Numbered from the stretch's first letter, positions 9,722 through 18,187 are shown. The stretch: 64,000 nt of DNA from Alphaproteobacteria bacterium (GCA_963667785.2 CAXXMU010000005.1:1-64000), one strand, 5' to 3'. Numbers and translations: made by a program. Notes: a model not told the origin generated them from the letters alone.

Positions 9722-10278
9722 GCGTGGGCGACGTCCTGGAGCGGCAGATCGCCGCCCGGCTGCGCGATGCCACGGCCGCGCCCCTGGACACGCTGCATAC
9801 GGTCGAGGTCTGGGACGGCGCCTGGGACGTGCTGGCCTCGCCCCGGCGCATGTCCTTCCGCGCGCCGGCGGCGCTGGTCTCGGCCACCGCCTTCGAGCTG
9901 GTCGACCGGGGCCGGCCGGCGTTCCCTCCGCGCCAGCTGCAGCGCGGCGACGAGCCGCCGCCCCCGTGCCTCCAAGTCCGCGTCGACGTGGCGCTCACCT
10001 TCGTCTCGGACGATCCCTCCGCGTCGCAGCGGGCGCGCGACGTCCTCGAGCTGGCCGCCGCCGCCCTTCCGCTGCTGATCGACGCCGCGGTGGAGGACCC
10101 CATCCGGGGCACCAACCTCTACGCGAAGACGCTCTACGAGGCCGGCATGAGCGCCTTCGCCCTGCTGGGCCGGCGGACGGTCGAGCTCGCGGCCGCCCCT
10201 CCGGCGCCCCGGCTCCCGGAGAGCGTGCGGGGCCAGGGCGGGTGCCTCCCCGGGGAGGTGGTGTGGACCGATGGATGA
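9718..10278 (+). CDS. Putative tail terminator (Mu gp37-like)
   Basis: TVEVWDGAWD...RAPAALVS; position; coupled to both neighbours. Confidence 0.55.
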   Translation: MSVGDVLERQIAARLRDATAAPLDTLHTVEVWDGAWDVLASPRRMSFRAPAALVSATAFELVDRGRPAFPPRQLQRGDEPPPPCLQVRVDVALTFVSDDPSASQRARDVLELAAAALPLLIDAAVEDPIRGTNLYAKTLYEAGMSAFALLGRRTVELAAAPPAPRLPESVRGQGGCLPGEVVWTDG

Positions 10279-10669
10279 GGGCTCCTACCAGGAGGTGCTG
10301 CTGCGTTTATCGGCCCTTGAACGGCGGGTGAACGCCCTCTTCAGGGTCGGCGTCGCGGCCGAGGTGACGCTCGATCCCTACCGCGTCCGCCTCGACATCG
10401 GCCCCGGCGAGGACGGCGAGGAGGTCCTCACCGATCCGCTGCCGGTCCTGGTGCCGGCGGCGGGCGGCATCCGCATCTGGTCGCCCGTCGCGGTCGGCGA
10501 GCGCTGCGCCATGCTCTCGCCCGGCGGCGAGGACTTCTCGGCCTTCGTCCTGCCGGCGCTCTACAGCGACGCGTTCGGGGCTCCCGACGCGACGGCTCGC
10601 GCCATGACGATCGTGTCGCCGACGACGATCACGTTCAAAGGCGCCAGCGACACGTTTGTGGTGCGGTGA
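10271..10669 (+). CDS. Baseplate spike protein (P2 gpV-like, short)
   Basis: LERRVNALFRVGV, IWSPVAVGERCAMLSPGG, FVLPALYSD; only 132 aa. Confidence 0.85.
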   Translation: MDEGSYQEVLLRLSALERRVNALFRVGVAAEVTLDPYRVRLDIGPGEDGEEVLTDPLPVLVPAAGGIRIWSPVAVGERCAMLSPGGEDFSAFVLPALYSDAFGAPDATARAMTIVSPTTITFKGASDTFVVR

Positions 10670-10941
10670 TGGCGCGGATCGCCCTCGCCACCCTCGACAC
10701 GGCCGGCGGCCTCATCGGCAACTCGCAGGGGGTGGCGTCCACCATCAACGGCAGGCCGATCGCGGTCGAAGGCGATATCGTGGCCCCCCATCCGCCCTGC
10801 CCCGAGAGCCCGGCCCACTGCGCCGCGACGATGGCCGCGAGCGCCGCCAGCACCATCAACGGCAGGCGGATCACGCTGGCGGGCGATCCGGCCACGTGCG
10901 GCCACGGCGCCACGGGCGCCGCCGCATCGACGATCGTGTGA
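10669..10941 (+). CDS. PAAR spike-tip protein
   Basis: INGRPIAVEGD, HPPCP..H, INGRRITLAGDPATCGH. Confidence 0.88.
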   Translation: MARIALATLDTAGGLIGNSQGVASTINGRPIAVEGDIVAPHPPCPESPAHCAATMAASAASTINGRRITLAGDPATCGHGATGAAASTIV

Positions 10942-10950
10942 GGGCTGACC

Positions 10951-12018
10951 GTGACACGGGTCATGAGCCGCGACGGCTCCCGCATCCTGGACGGCGCGGA
11001 GAGCGCCCGGCAGCGCCTGGGCGACGCGCTCCGCATCCGCCGCGGCACCTATCCCTGGCTGCGCGACTACGGCTCCCGCCTCGACGACCTGATCGACCTG
11101 AACATGGACGGCGACTTCGAGACCCGGGTCTACGCCGCCGTCGCCGACACGGTCGCCCACGCGCCCAACGGGCTCGGCGACATCGCCCTGCGGGAGGTGC
11201 GCCTGCACCGGGACCCGGACGGCGGCGATCTCGCCGAGGTGGAGGTGTTCGCCGACTGGATCGCGCCGGACGGCAGCGGGGGCGAATTCGGGCTGCGCCA
11301 GGCGCTCGGGGCGCCCCGCCCTCCGGCCAGCACGCTCTACACCGCGACCCCCGTCGGCCTCCACACGATCGATCCCGCGACCGGCGCCGCCGCGCGGGTG
11401 GGGAGCGCGCTCGACTACGGCCTGGGCGCCCCCGTCATGCCCACCGCGCTCGCCTGGGACGGGCGCATCCTGTGGATGACCGTCCGGCTCCCCGGCAGGC
11501 TCTACGCGGTCGACCGGGCCACCGGGGTGGCGGAGAGGATTCCCGGGCCGGACAACTTCGGGATCGGCGAGAGCCGGCCCGAGGCGATGGCGTGGGCCTC
11601 CTGGCGCCTGCTGATGCTGGGCGACGACACGGACGCCCTCTGGGCGCTCGACCGGAGCTCGGCCGAGGCCGCGCGCGTCCACGCCATCGACCGCTTCGGC
11701 GTCGGCGAGCACCAGCCGGACGGCGCCGCCTGGGACGGCTGGCGCCTGTGGATGGTGGGCGGCATCAACGACGCCCTGCACCGGCTCGACGTCGATACCG
11801 GGCAGGCGATCAGGGCCGGCGAGGCCTACCGCTTCGGCCAGGACCTGGACGGCGGCGGCGAGCTGGCCTGGGCCCCGCACCGCCTGCTGATGATGCGCGG
11901 CGGCGCCATGCTCTACGAGCTCGACCGCGTGAGCGGGGAGGCCGCGCCGCTCGTCGCGATCGCGGGGCTCGACGGGACGGCCGGCGGCCTGGTGTGGGCG
12001 CCGGAGGCGGACGAATGA
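10951..12018 (+). CDS. Baseplate wedge gpW/GP25-like domain fused to beta-propeller-like repeats
   Basis: RQRLGDAL...GTYPWLRDYGSRL..LID N-terminus; five LxxxDxxxGxAxxx-type repeats follow. Confidence 0.7.
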   Translation: MTRVMSRDGSRILDGAESARQRLGDALRIRRGTYPWLRDYGSRLDDLIDLNMDGDFETRVYAAVADTVAHAPNGLGDIALREVRLHRDPDGGDLAEVEVFADWIAPDGSGGEFGLRQALGAPRPPASTLYTATPVGLHTIDPATGAAARVGSALDYGLGAPVMPTALAWDGRILWMTVRLPGRLYAVDRATGVAERIPGPDNFGIGESRPEAMAWASWRLLMLGDDTDALWALDRSSAEAARVHAIDRFGVGEHQPDGAAWDGWRLWMVGGINDALHRLDVDTGQAIRAGEAYRFGQDLDGGGELAWAPHRLLMMRGGAMLYELDRVSGEAAPLVAIAGLDGTAGGLVWAPEADE

Positions 12019-13241
12019 CCGCCGGCGTCGACCTGAGCCGGCTCTCCCGGCCGGAAGTGCCGGGGCTGCTGAAGAGCCTCGACGCGGTGCACGGGGAGAT
12101 GCTCGCCTGGCTCGCCGCCAATTACGACTGGACGCTCACCGCCGACGGCTCCGATCCGGCCTGGAGGGTGAGCCGCCTCCTCGCCTCGCGCGAGGCCATG
12201 ATCCGCCAGGGCATCGCGGATTCGCTCGCGCAGGCGTCGCTCGCCTATGCCGCCGGCGAGAACCTGGACCATATCGGGGCGAGCTACTACGGCCTCGAGC
12301 GCCTGGAGGGCGAGGGCGACGACGCCTACCGCCTGCGCCTGGCGGCGGCGACCGAGCGCTACGCGGTCGGCCTTTCCGGCCCGTGGTACGAATCCGTGGC
12401 GCGCGGGGTGGTCGGCGCCGCCGACGCCAGGGTGACCTCGCCCGCTCCGGGCGACATCACGATCTACATCCTGGCCAACGAGGCCCTGCTGGACGCCGAC
12501 GGCGACCCGGTCTACGCAGACGGCATCCCGACGCAGGCCCTGCTCACGGCGGTGACGGCCGCCGTCACCGCCAAGGAGGCCCGCCAGCAGACCGACGTGG
12601 TGACGGTCTCGGCCTGCACGCGCGTCGCCTACAGCATCGCCGTGACGCTCACCATTCGGACCGAGCCTGACTCGGCGGCGGTGCTCGCTGCCGCCCGCGA
12701 GGGGCTGGCCGGCCTCACCCGCGACGTCGACAGGCTCGGCGGGGCGCTCACGCCGGAGCTGATCGCCGGCGCCGCAATCGATCCGGCGCAAGTGACGGCC
12801 GCCGAAATCATCATCCGCCATGAGGCGCCCGTCGCCGCCACGCTGAGCGTCGGCGCGGGCAACGCGGCGCTGGCATTCACCGCAGATGCGGCGGGCGCCG
12901 GCGGCAACGCCATCACTGTGGCGCTGGTCGACCCCGGCGGAAACGATCAGGCTCTCGCCGTGGCCGTGGCCGAACAGGCGATCACCGTCTCGCTGGCGAC
13001 CGGCAACGCAGGCGCCATCACCAGCACCGGCGCGGAGGTCCTGGCGGCCGTGAACGCGCACGCCGGCGCCTCGGCACTGGTCACGGCTGCGAACGCCGCA
13101 GGCTCGGACGGCACCGGCGTGGTCGCGGCGAAGGCCGCCACGCCTCTCGCGGGCGGCGCACCGAACAGCGTGGTGAGCGGGATCCCCGCCGTGGACAGCG
13201 TCGCGCCCAAGGCGCGCATGCTCACGGTGGCGGCGGCATGA
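12015..13241 (+). CDS. Baseplate J-like protein with inserted sheath-like domain
   Basis: VDLSRL, SDPA, LAYAAGENLDHIG, ERLEGEGDDAYRLR, VTSPAPGDI; ATG 12015. Confidence 0.85.
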   Translation: MTAGVDLSRLSRPEVPGLLKSLDAVHGEMLAWLAANYDWTLTADGSDPAWRVSRLLASREAMIRQGIADSLAQASLAYAAGENLDHIGASYYGLERLEGEGDDAYRLRLAAATERYAVGLSGPWYESVARGVVGAADARVTSPAPGDITIYILANEALLDADGDPVYADGIPTQALLTAVTAAVTAKEARQQTDVVTVSACTRVAYSIAVTLTIRTEPDSAAVLAAAREGLAGLTRDVDRLGGALTPELIAGAAIDPAQVTAAEIIIRHEAPVAATLSVGAGNAALAFTADAAGAGGNAITVALVDPGGNDQALAVAVAEQAITVSLATGNAGAITSTGAEVLAAVNAHAGASALVTAANAAGSDGTGVVAAKAATPLAGGAPNSVVSGIPAVDSVAPKARMLTVAAA

Positions 13242-13840
13242 CCGGGATCGCGCCCAGGACGGCGAGCGCGGTCGAGCGCGGCCTGGACGAGACTGCTGCG
13301 GCGCGCACGGCCGCGCTGCCCGCCCACCTCCCCGTCACGGCCTGGGACGCGGAGCGGATACCGGGTGCCTGGCTGGCGGTGCTGGCATGGGCGCTCTCCG
13401 TCGACCTGTGGGACGCGACCTGGGAGGACGACCGCAAGCGCCGCGCCATCGCGGCCGCCATCGACCAGCACCGGCTCAAGGGCACGCCGGCGGGGCTCGA
13501 GCTGGCGCTCGACCTGGTCGGCGCCGACTACGAGATCACCGAGCGGCCCGGCGGCGCCCGCTTCGTCGTCGCCGTCCACGTCTACAACCTCGGCAGCATC
13601 GCCCTCGACGGCCAGACCCGGCTGATCGCGGCCATCAACCGGGTGAAGCGCGCCAGCGTGCACATCCAGCTCTCGACCGATGACGGCGGCGTCCTCGACA
13701 TCCTCGTCGCCGGCGGGATCGGCGCGGCGCTGCCCGCGCCGGAGCCCGCGACGCTCACGGTCGATGCCGCCTACGACAACGTGCTGACGTGGGGCGGCCA
13801 GCCCCTCACGTGGGGCGGCGAGGAGCTGACATGGGGTTAG
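13238..13840 (+). CDS. Tail protein I (P2 gpI-like)
   Basis: WLAVLAWALSVDLWDATW...KR..I..AI..HRLKGT; INRVKRASVH. Confidence 0.9.
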   Translation: MTGIAPRTASAVERGLDETAAARTAALPAHLPVTAWDAERIPGAWLAVLAWALSVDLWDATWEDDRKRRAIAAAIDQHRLKGTPAGLELALDLVGADYEITERPGGARFVVAVHVYNLGSIALDGQTRLIAAINRVKRASVHIQLSTDDGGVLDILVAGGIGAALPAPEPATLTVDAAYDNVLTWGGQPLTWGGEELTWG

Positions 13841-13860
13841 GCGAGGGGAGGCGCTGAGCG

Positions 13861-15471
13861 ATGGTGGCAGTGCCGCAGCAACCGACCGCGGGGGCGCCGG
13901 ACGATACGGACCTGCTCAGCTTCTATCCGGCAGATGGCAGCGCCCCAAAGACGCGCGAGCTCAAGGGCGGCCTGCTGCCCTGGCTCAAGAGGACGCTCGC
14001 GGGCCGCGACGAGGATTTCTACGGCTCGTTCCAGAACGCCAGCGCGTTCCTCGCCGCCGGCACGTTGGAGCGCCGCGGGGAGTGGTCGATCGCGAACGTT
14101 GCGGCGGGCGCGCCCGATGTGGACGACGACATCCTCCTCTCCCAGATCGTGGACGGCAACTACACGGTCTGCTTCTCGACCCGGATGCGCAGCGATCCGG
14201 ACAACAACGTCTGGGCGCTGGCAGCGAGGACGACGGCGGCGGACTTCCCGGTCGGCCGCAAGATCGTCGGTCGCGTCCCCGGCGTCGCCTCCCGCTACGC
14301 GACGATGACGCTGACGGCGGCCGGCACGGTCGTCGGCGCCGGCGATGCCGAGTACGTCTACGCGGCGGCGACGATCGACGAGGTCGGCGACCTCTTCGAT
14401 CACGACGACTGGAACGTGTTCAGCGAGGTCGTGCCGCCGGACATCGGCATCGATTCGGCGCTGATCCGCAGCCTCGGCTCGCTCTGGGACCGGATGCTCG
14501 TCACGCTGGAGGGCACGGCTTCAATCCTCAAGCGCGCCCGGCAGATCATCCAGGGCAACAACGAGACGCAGACCCTGAGCGTCACGCGGGTGGCGGGCAA
14601 TCCCGCCGCCGCCGGGGAGATCTACCTCGGCAATCTCGCCAACGGCATCGGCCAGCTGCTGTTCTGGCCGCCTTCGGCCACGAAGGACGGCACGGCCTTC
14701 GAGCTCGAGGACCTGCGGGAATACCAGAGCGGCGATTTCCTCTCCTACGGCGGCCTCGAATGGGAGATCGGCGCCCAGCCGTGGGTCACGTTCCAGGGCA
14801 GCATCCTGACCGCCACCGTGATGCTCGCCGACGGCTACGTCTACGACGCGGCCGACGTGCCGGCGCTGAACGCGGCGGCGGATTTCGTGCTGGAGGGCCG
14901 CGACATCCACCTCGGCCTGGTGGTCGCGGCGATCCTCAAGCGCGCCGCCAACAACCTCGGCGGGAAGGGCGGCGCTGCCGGCAAGATATGGGCTTATCTC
15001 TCCAGCGACACGGACGCCACCTGGCGGCGCCTGCTGGACGTGCTGAAGGCCGACGCTGACACGGCCGCGAAGAGGGGCGACTACCACGCGGCGCTCGGCC
15101 CCTCGGCCAAGGTCCTGGTGAACGGGGCGTCGACCCAGATCTCCAAGAACTGGACGCAGGTCGACCTCGGGGCGGCGGAGGACTACGGCGATTATTCGAT
15201 CCTCGCCGTCACCCTGAAGGAGCAGGCGGACCGGAAGGACACGACCACGGCGTGGTTCTCGACCTCGCGGATCGCCGCGCTGGACGCGGCCTCCGTCGCC
15301 GGCCAGACGTGGTACGACAACGCCCGTGACCCCTATATCGAGCCAGCCACGAGCGACATCGCCGGGGGGAAGATCATCCTCGGGAAGGGCGCCGCCGGCC
15401 GCTACGTCATGCTGGCGCACGACAAGAACGCGGCGGAAAACTACGACCTGACGATCGAGGGAATCAGATGA
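13861..15471 (+). CDS. Hypothetical beta-rich virion protein (possible second fibre)
   Basis: 536 aa, GGAGG RBS, sits between gpI-like and fibre genes. Confidence 0.55.
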   Translation: MVAVPQQPTAGAPDDTDLLSFYPADGSAPKTRELKGGLLPWLKRTLAGRDEDFYGSFQNASAFLAAGTLERRGEWSIANVAAGAPDVDDDILLSQIVDGNYTVCFSTRMRSDPDNNVWALAARTTAADFPVGRKIVGRVPGVASRYATMTLTAAGTVVGAGDAEYVYAAATIDEVGDLFDHDDWNVFSEVVPPDIGIDSALIRSLGSLWDRMLVTLEGTASILKRARQIIQGNNETQTLSVTRVAGNPAAAGEIYLGNLANGIGQLLFWPPSATKDGTAFELEDLREYQSGDFLSYGGLEWEIGAQPWVTFQGSILTATVMLADGYVYDAADVPALNAAADFVLEGRDIHLGLVVAAILKRAANNLGGKGGAAGKIWAYLSSDTDATWRRLLDVLKADADTAAKRGDYHAALGPSAKVLVNGASTQISKNWTQVDLGAAEDYGDYSILAVTLKEQADRKDTTTAWFSTSRIAALDAASVAGQTWYDNARDPYIEPATSDIAGGKIILGKGAAGRYVMLAHDKNAAENYDLTIEGIR

Positions 15472-15487
15472 CGAAGGATCGCGAGCC

Positions 15488-17218
15488 ATGACGGCGCGCC
15501 TCCGCCTCACGGACGGCGGCCGCAACGCCATGGCCGACGCCGCGAACGTCGGCATCCAGGCGGTGCAGATCAGGAAGCTGGCGCTCGGCGACGGCAGCGG
15601 GCCGGGCGGCGTCGCCGACGACGCCCGCACCACGCTCCGCAGCCAGCGGGACGTCGCTGCGGTCACCGGCACCGCCGATGCGGGCCGGATCGCCGTCCGG
15701 GCGACGATCGCCGGCCCGAACGCCTACGCCATCACCGAGATGGGGCTGTTCGCGCGGATCGGCGCCGACGGCGACGAGTTCCTCTTAGCCTACTGGACCG
15801 ACGACGGCACGGTGTTCCTCAACAAGCCGGCCGACCTGAATCTGATCGTCGCGGCCTCCATAGCGATCGTCCGCAGCTCCGCCGCCGTCACCGTCACGGT
15901 CGATCCCGCGATGACCGTCGTCGCCGGAGCCGAGGGGGGCATCACGGGCCCCGTCGACGCCAAGGCGGCCGCCTACACCGTCGTCGTCGGCGACGACGGC
16001 AAGACCATCGCGGTCGACGCCAGCGGCGCGGCCCGCACGGTCACCCTCCCCGACCTCGGCGCCGCCGACGACGGCTTCACCATCACGGTGCTGAAGAGCG
16101 ACAACACCGACAACGCCGTGACGATCGACGGCGACGGGAACGACCAGATCAACGGGGCCGCCACCTACAAGCTGGAGAGCCAGTTCGCCGCCGCGATCCT
16201 GAAGTGGACCGGCGCCGAGTGGCTGGCGGTCGGCGGCGCCGCTCCGGACTGGGTCGCCGCCTACGTGGCGGAGAACGCCTCCGGCGGCCTCCTGGGCGCC
16301 GTCGACGCCAAGGCGGTCAACTACGCTGTCGTCGCCGGCGACGACGGCAAGACCATCGAGGTGGACGCCAGCGGGGGGGCCCGCACTGTCACCCTCCCCG
16401 ACCTCGGCGCCGGCGACGACGGCTTCACCGTCACGGTGCTGAAGAGCGACAATTCGGCCAACGCCGTGACGATCGACGGGAACGGCAACGACACCCTGAA
16501 CGGGGCCGCCACCTACAGCCTCAAGGAGCAGTACGAGGCCGTCATCCTCAAATGGACCGGATCGGAGTGGCTGGCCATCGGCGGCGCGACGGGAGCGCTC
16601 CTGCGGGATTTTTTCGGGGGCGCTAGCAGTCGGGAGTTCACGACCGCTGGCGCCCACAACTACACGTGGGAGTGGAACACGTCGAAGGGGCTGGCGATCA
16701 TTGAAGGCGGCGGCGGCGGCGGCGGTGGCGGCGGTGGCGGCGGAACGGGGAGCCACGGCGGGGTGGACGGAACTGACGGCAGCGCGGGCGGCTCGAGCTC
16801 GGTGACTCATGCCGGGACGACCTCCACCGCTCAGGGAGGCGACCCCGGCGGAGGCGGAGACGGCGGGCGGTACTTCGGCGATCCACGTTCCAGCGTTGGC
16901 CCCAGCGCCGACGGTGATGGCGGCGATGCCGAGCGGTCGGGTGGTGACGGTGGCGCCGCGGGTGCGTCCAACAGTGCCGGTGCGCCGAATGGCGAACCGC
17001 AAACTCCGGCTTATGCGGGAGGCGATGGAGGAGATGGCCATATCGTCATTCGGTGGCTGGACAACGTGCAGAAAGGGACCGTGATTGCGCTCACGGTCGG
17101 TGCCGGCGGCGACGCGGGCGACGGCGGCGCCGCCGCGCCGGGAGGTCAGGATCAGACCGCCGGCTCCGACGGCACACCGGGCACGACAGGCCGGGTGCGG
17201 CTGATACCCCTGTTCTAG
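15488..17218 (+). CDS. Tail fibre: gpH-type N-terminus, two 116-aa repeats, glycine-rich C-terminus
   Basis: LTDGGR, LALGDG, YAITEMGLF; duplicated VDAK..Y.V..GDDGKTI.VDAS unit; FTTAGAHNYTW...GGGGGGG. Confidence 0.85.
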   Translation: MTARLRLTDGGRNAMADAANVGIQAVQIRKLALGDGSGPGGVADDARTTLRSQRDVAAVTGTADAGRIAVRATIAGPNAYAITEMGLFARIGADGDEFLLAYWTDDGTVFLNKPADLNLIVAASIAIVRSSAAVTVTVDPAMTVVAGAEGGITGPVDAKAAAYTVVVGDDGKTIAVDASGAARTVTLPDLGAADDGFTITVLKSDNTDNAVTIDGDGNDQINGAATYKLESQFAAAILKWTGAEWLAVGGAAPDWVAAYVAENASGGLLGAVDAKAVNYAVVAGDDGKTIEVDASGGARTVTLPDLGAGDDGFTVTVLKSDNSANAVTIDGNGNDTLNGAATYSLKEQYEAVILKWTGSEWLAIGGATGALLRDFFGGASSREFTTAGAHNYTWEWNTSKGLAIIEGGGGGGGGGGGGGTGSHGGVDGTDGSAGGSSSVTHAGTTSTAQGGDPGGGGDGGRYFGDPRSSVGPSADGDGGDAERSGGDGGAAGASNSAGAPNGEPQTPAYAGGDGGDGHIVIRWLDNVQKGTVIALTVGAGGDAGDGGAAAPGGQDQTAGSDGTPGTTGRVRLIPLF

Positions 17219-17254
17219 GGTGACCGCACGCCCCATTTCCCGGCCGTTTCAGCC

Positions 17255-17329
17255 CCGATTCCGGACCGATTTTCCAGCCGATTCCCAGCGACATTTGCGC
17301 CGATTCCGCCCGACTTTTGCGCGCCTACA
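17255..17329. repeat. Putative transposon right end: three ~22-bp transposase-binding repeats and terminal ACA
   Basis: ccgattccggaccgattttccag 17255, ccgattcccagcgacatttgcg 17278, ccgattccgcccgacttttgcg 17300, then cgcctaca. Confidence 0.72.
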
Positions 17330-17404
17330 GCCTACGCGCGGGAAGCGACGGCCGGCACCATCGCCACCAGCGGCTATAGATCGCCGTATGCTTGTGAATG
17401 GGGC

Positions 17405-17560
17405 TGGCGCTCCGGGGGTCGGAAACCCGCCTTAGGTCAGGTCGACGCGTTTTAGGCTCTCGCCCTGGACATGAGCGTCGCCCCCGGAGCATGGGAGATC
17501 CCGCCGGACTTTCGGGGGCGGGGCCCGCCTGAGGTGGAGCTTCCGAACTCCAAGGCGGAA
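17405..17560 (+). ncRNA. Candidate C4/ash-type antisense RNA region
   Basis: gctccgggg/ccccggagc stem; tcggaaacccgccttagg complementary to downstream cctgaggtggagcttccga; TATGCT just upstream. Confidence 0.33.
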
Positions 17561-17606
17561 GGGTGGCGGGGAAAGGGCGGGGCGTTAAGAGGGATGCGGA
17601 TACCTA

Positions 17607-17888
17607 TCAGTCGTCGTCCGGATCATCGCCGTCATCAAATTCTGGACTCCACGGCGACTTTGTGCCGAAGCGCCGATCAAGTTGGCTCAACCGCGTCGGT
17701 GAAAGTCTCTCATCGGAGGACTCATCAATCGTCTCGATCGCACGACCATCACGCTTCCCCTTCGGGAAGGAAAGCCGCACGAACGGTCCCCACTCATTCT
17801 TGTCTGACTCGACAGAGCCACCCTTGCTCTTCAGCCAAGCGCAGTACTCCCCGAACGTCGGGGACTTTTGAAACGGGTGAGAAGTCAT
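17607..17888 (-). CDS. HicA-like small protein (putative toxin)
   Basis: 93 aa from ATG 17888 (TGATG overlap): PTFGEYCAWLKSKG...ERLSPTRLSQLDRRFG. Confidence 0.5.
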   Translation of the reverse strand: MTSHPFQKSPTFGEYCAWLKSKGGSVESDKNEWGPFVRLSFPKGKRDGRAIETIDESSDERLSPTRLSQLDRRFGTKSPWSPEFDDGDDPDDD

Positions 17889-18187
17889 CAGGCAGCGAGC
17901 GCACGCAGACCGACCCCGTCCGGCAAGGGATAGATGCGGCCGCGCTGGACACCGTCGGCTGCGTCCCACATATCGTGATATCGCTGTGGCGCGGGTTCGA
18001 TATCCCCGAAGGGCTGGCCTGTGCGGACAATAGAATCATCTCGCTCGGCTCGATAGGCAGTTTGCAACCGCCGGAACAGTTCGTCCATGTCGCGGCCCTG
18101 CGCACCGATATCGTATTCGAGGCAGACGGCCACGATCTTGTCATCTTCCGTGAAGATCACGAATCTCGTGCTGTCCTGGGCAGCCAT
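17888..18187 (-). CDS. HicB-like antitoxin (no DNA-binding domain)
   Basis: IVAVCLEYDIGAQGRDMDEL. Confidence 0.65.
   Translation of the reverse strand: MAAQDSTRFVIFTEDDKIVAVCLEYDIGAQGRDMDELFRRLQTAYRAERDDSIVRTGQPFGDIEPAPQRYHDMWDAADGVQRGRIYPLPDGVGLRALAA

Larger units (their letters stand above)
1..17329 (+). mobile_element. Mu-like transposable prophage, right part (left end outside window)
   Basis: Mu-type order gp26-gp27-gp28-gp29-gp30-protease-capsid-gp35-gp36-gpG-gp37; ends in repeats plus terminal ACA at 17329. Confidence 0.88.

Noticed and set aside
10271-13840. T6SS or eCIS locus suggested by PAAR and baseplate genes
   Set aside because: Embedded in a capsid/terminase operon; no Tss membrane complex, ClpV or Afp-type genes
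15935-16590. Possible DGR template/variable repeat or invertible segment
   Set aside because: Both copies are in-frame coding, differences are not adenine-specific, no reverse transcriptase or invertase nearby
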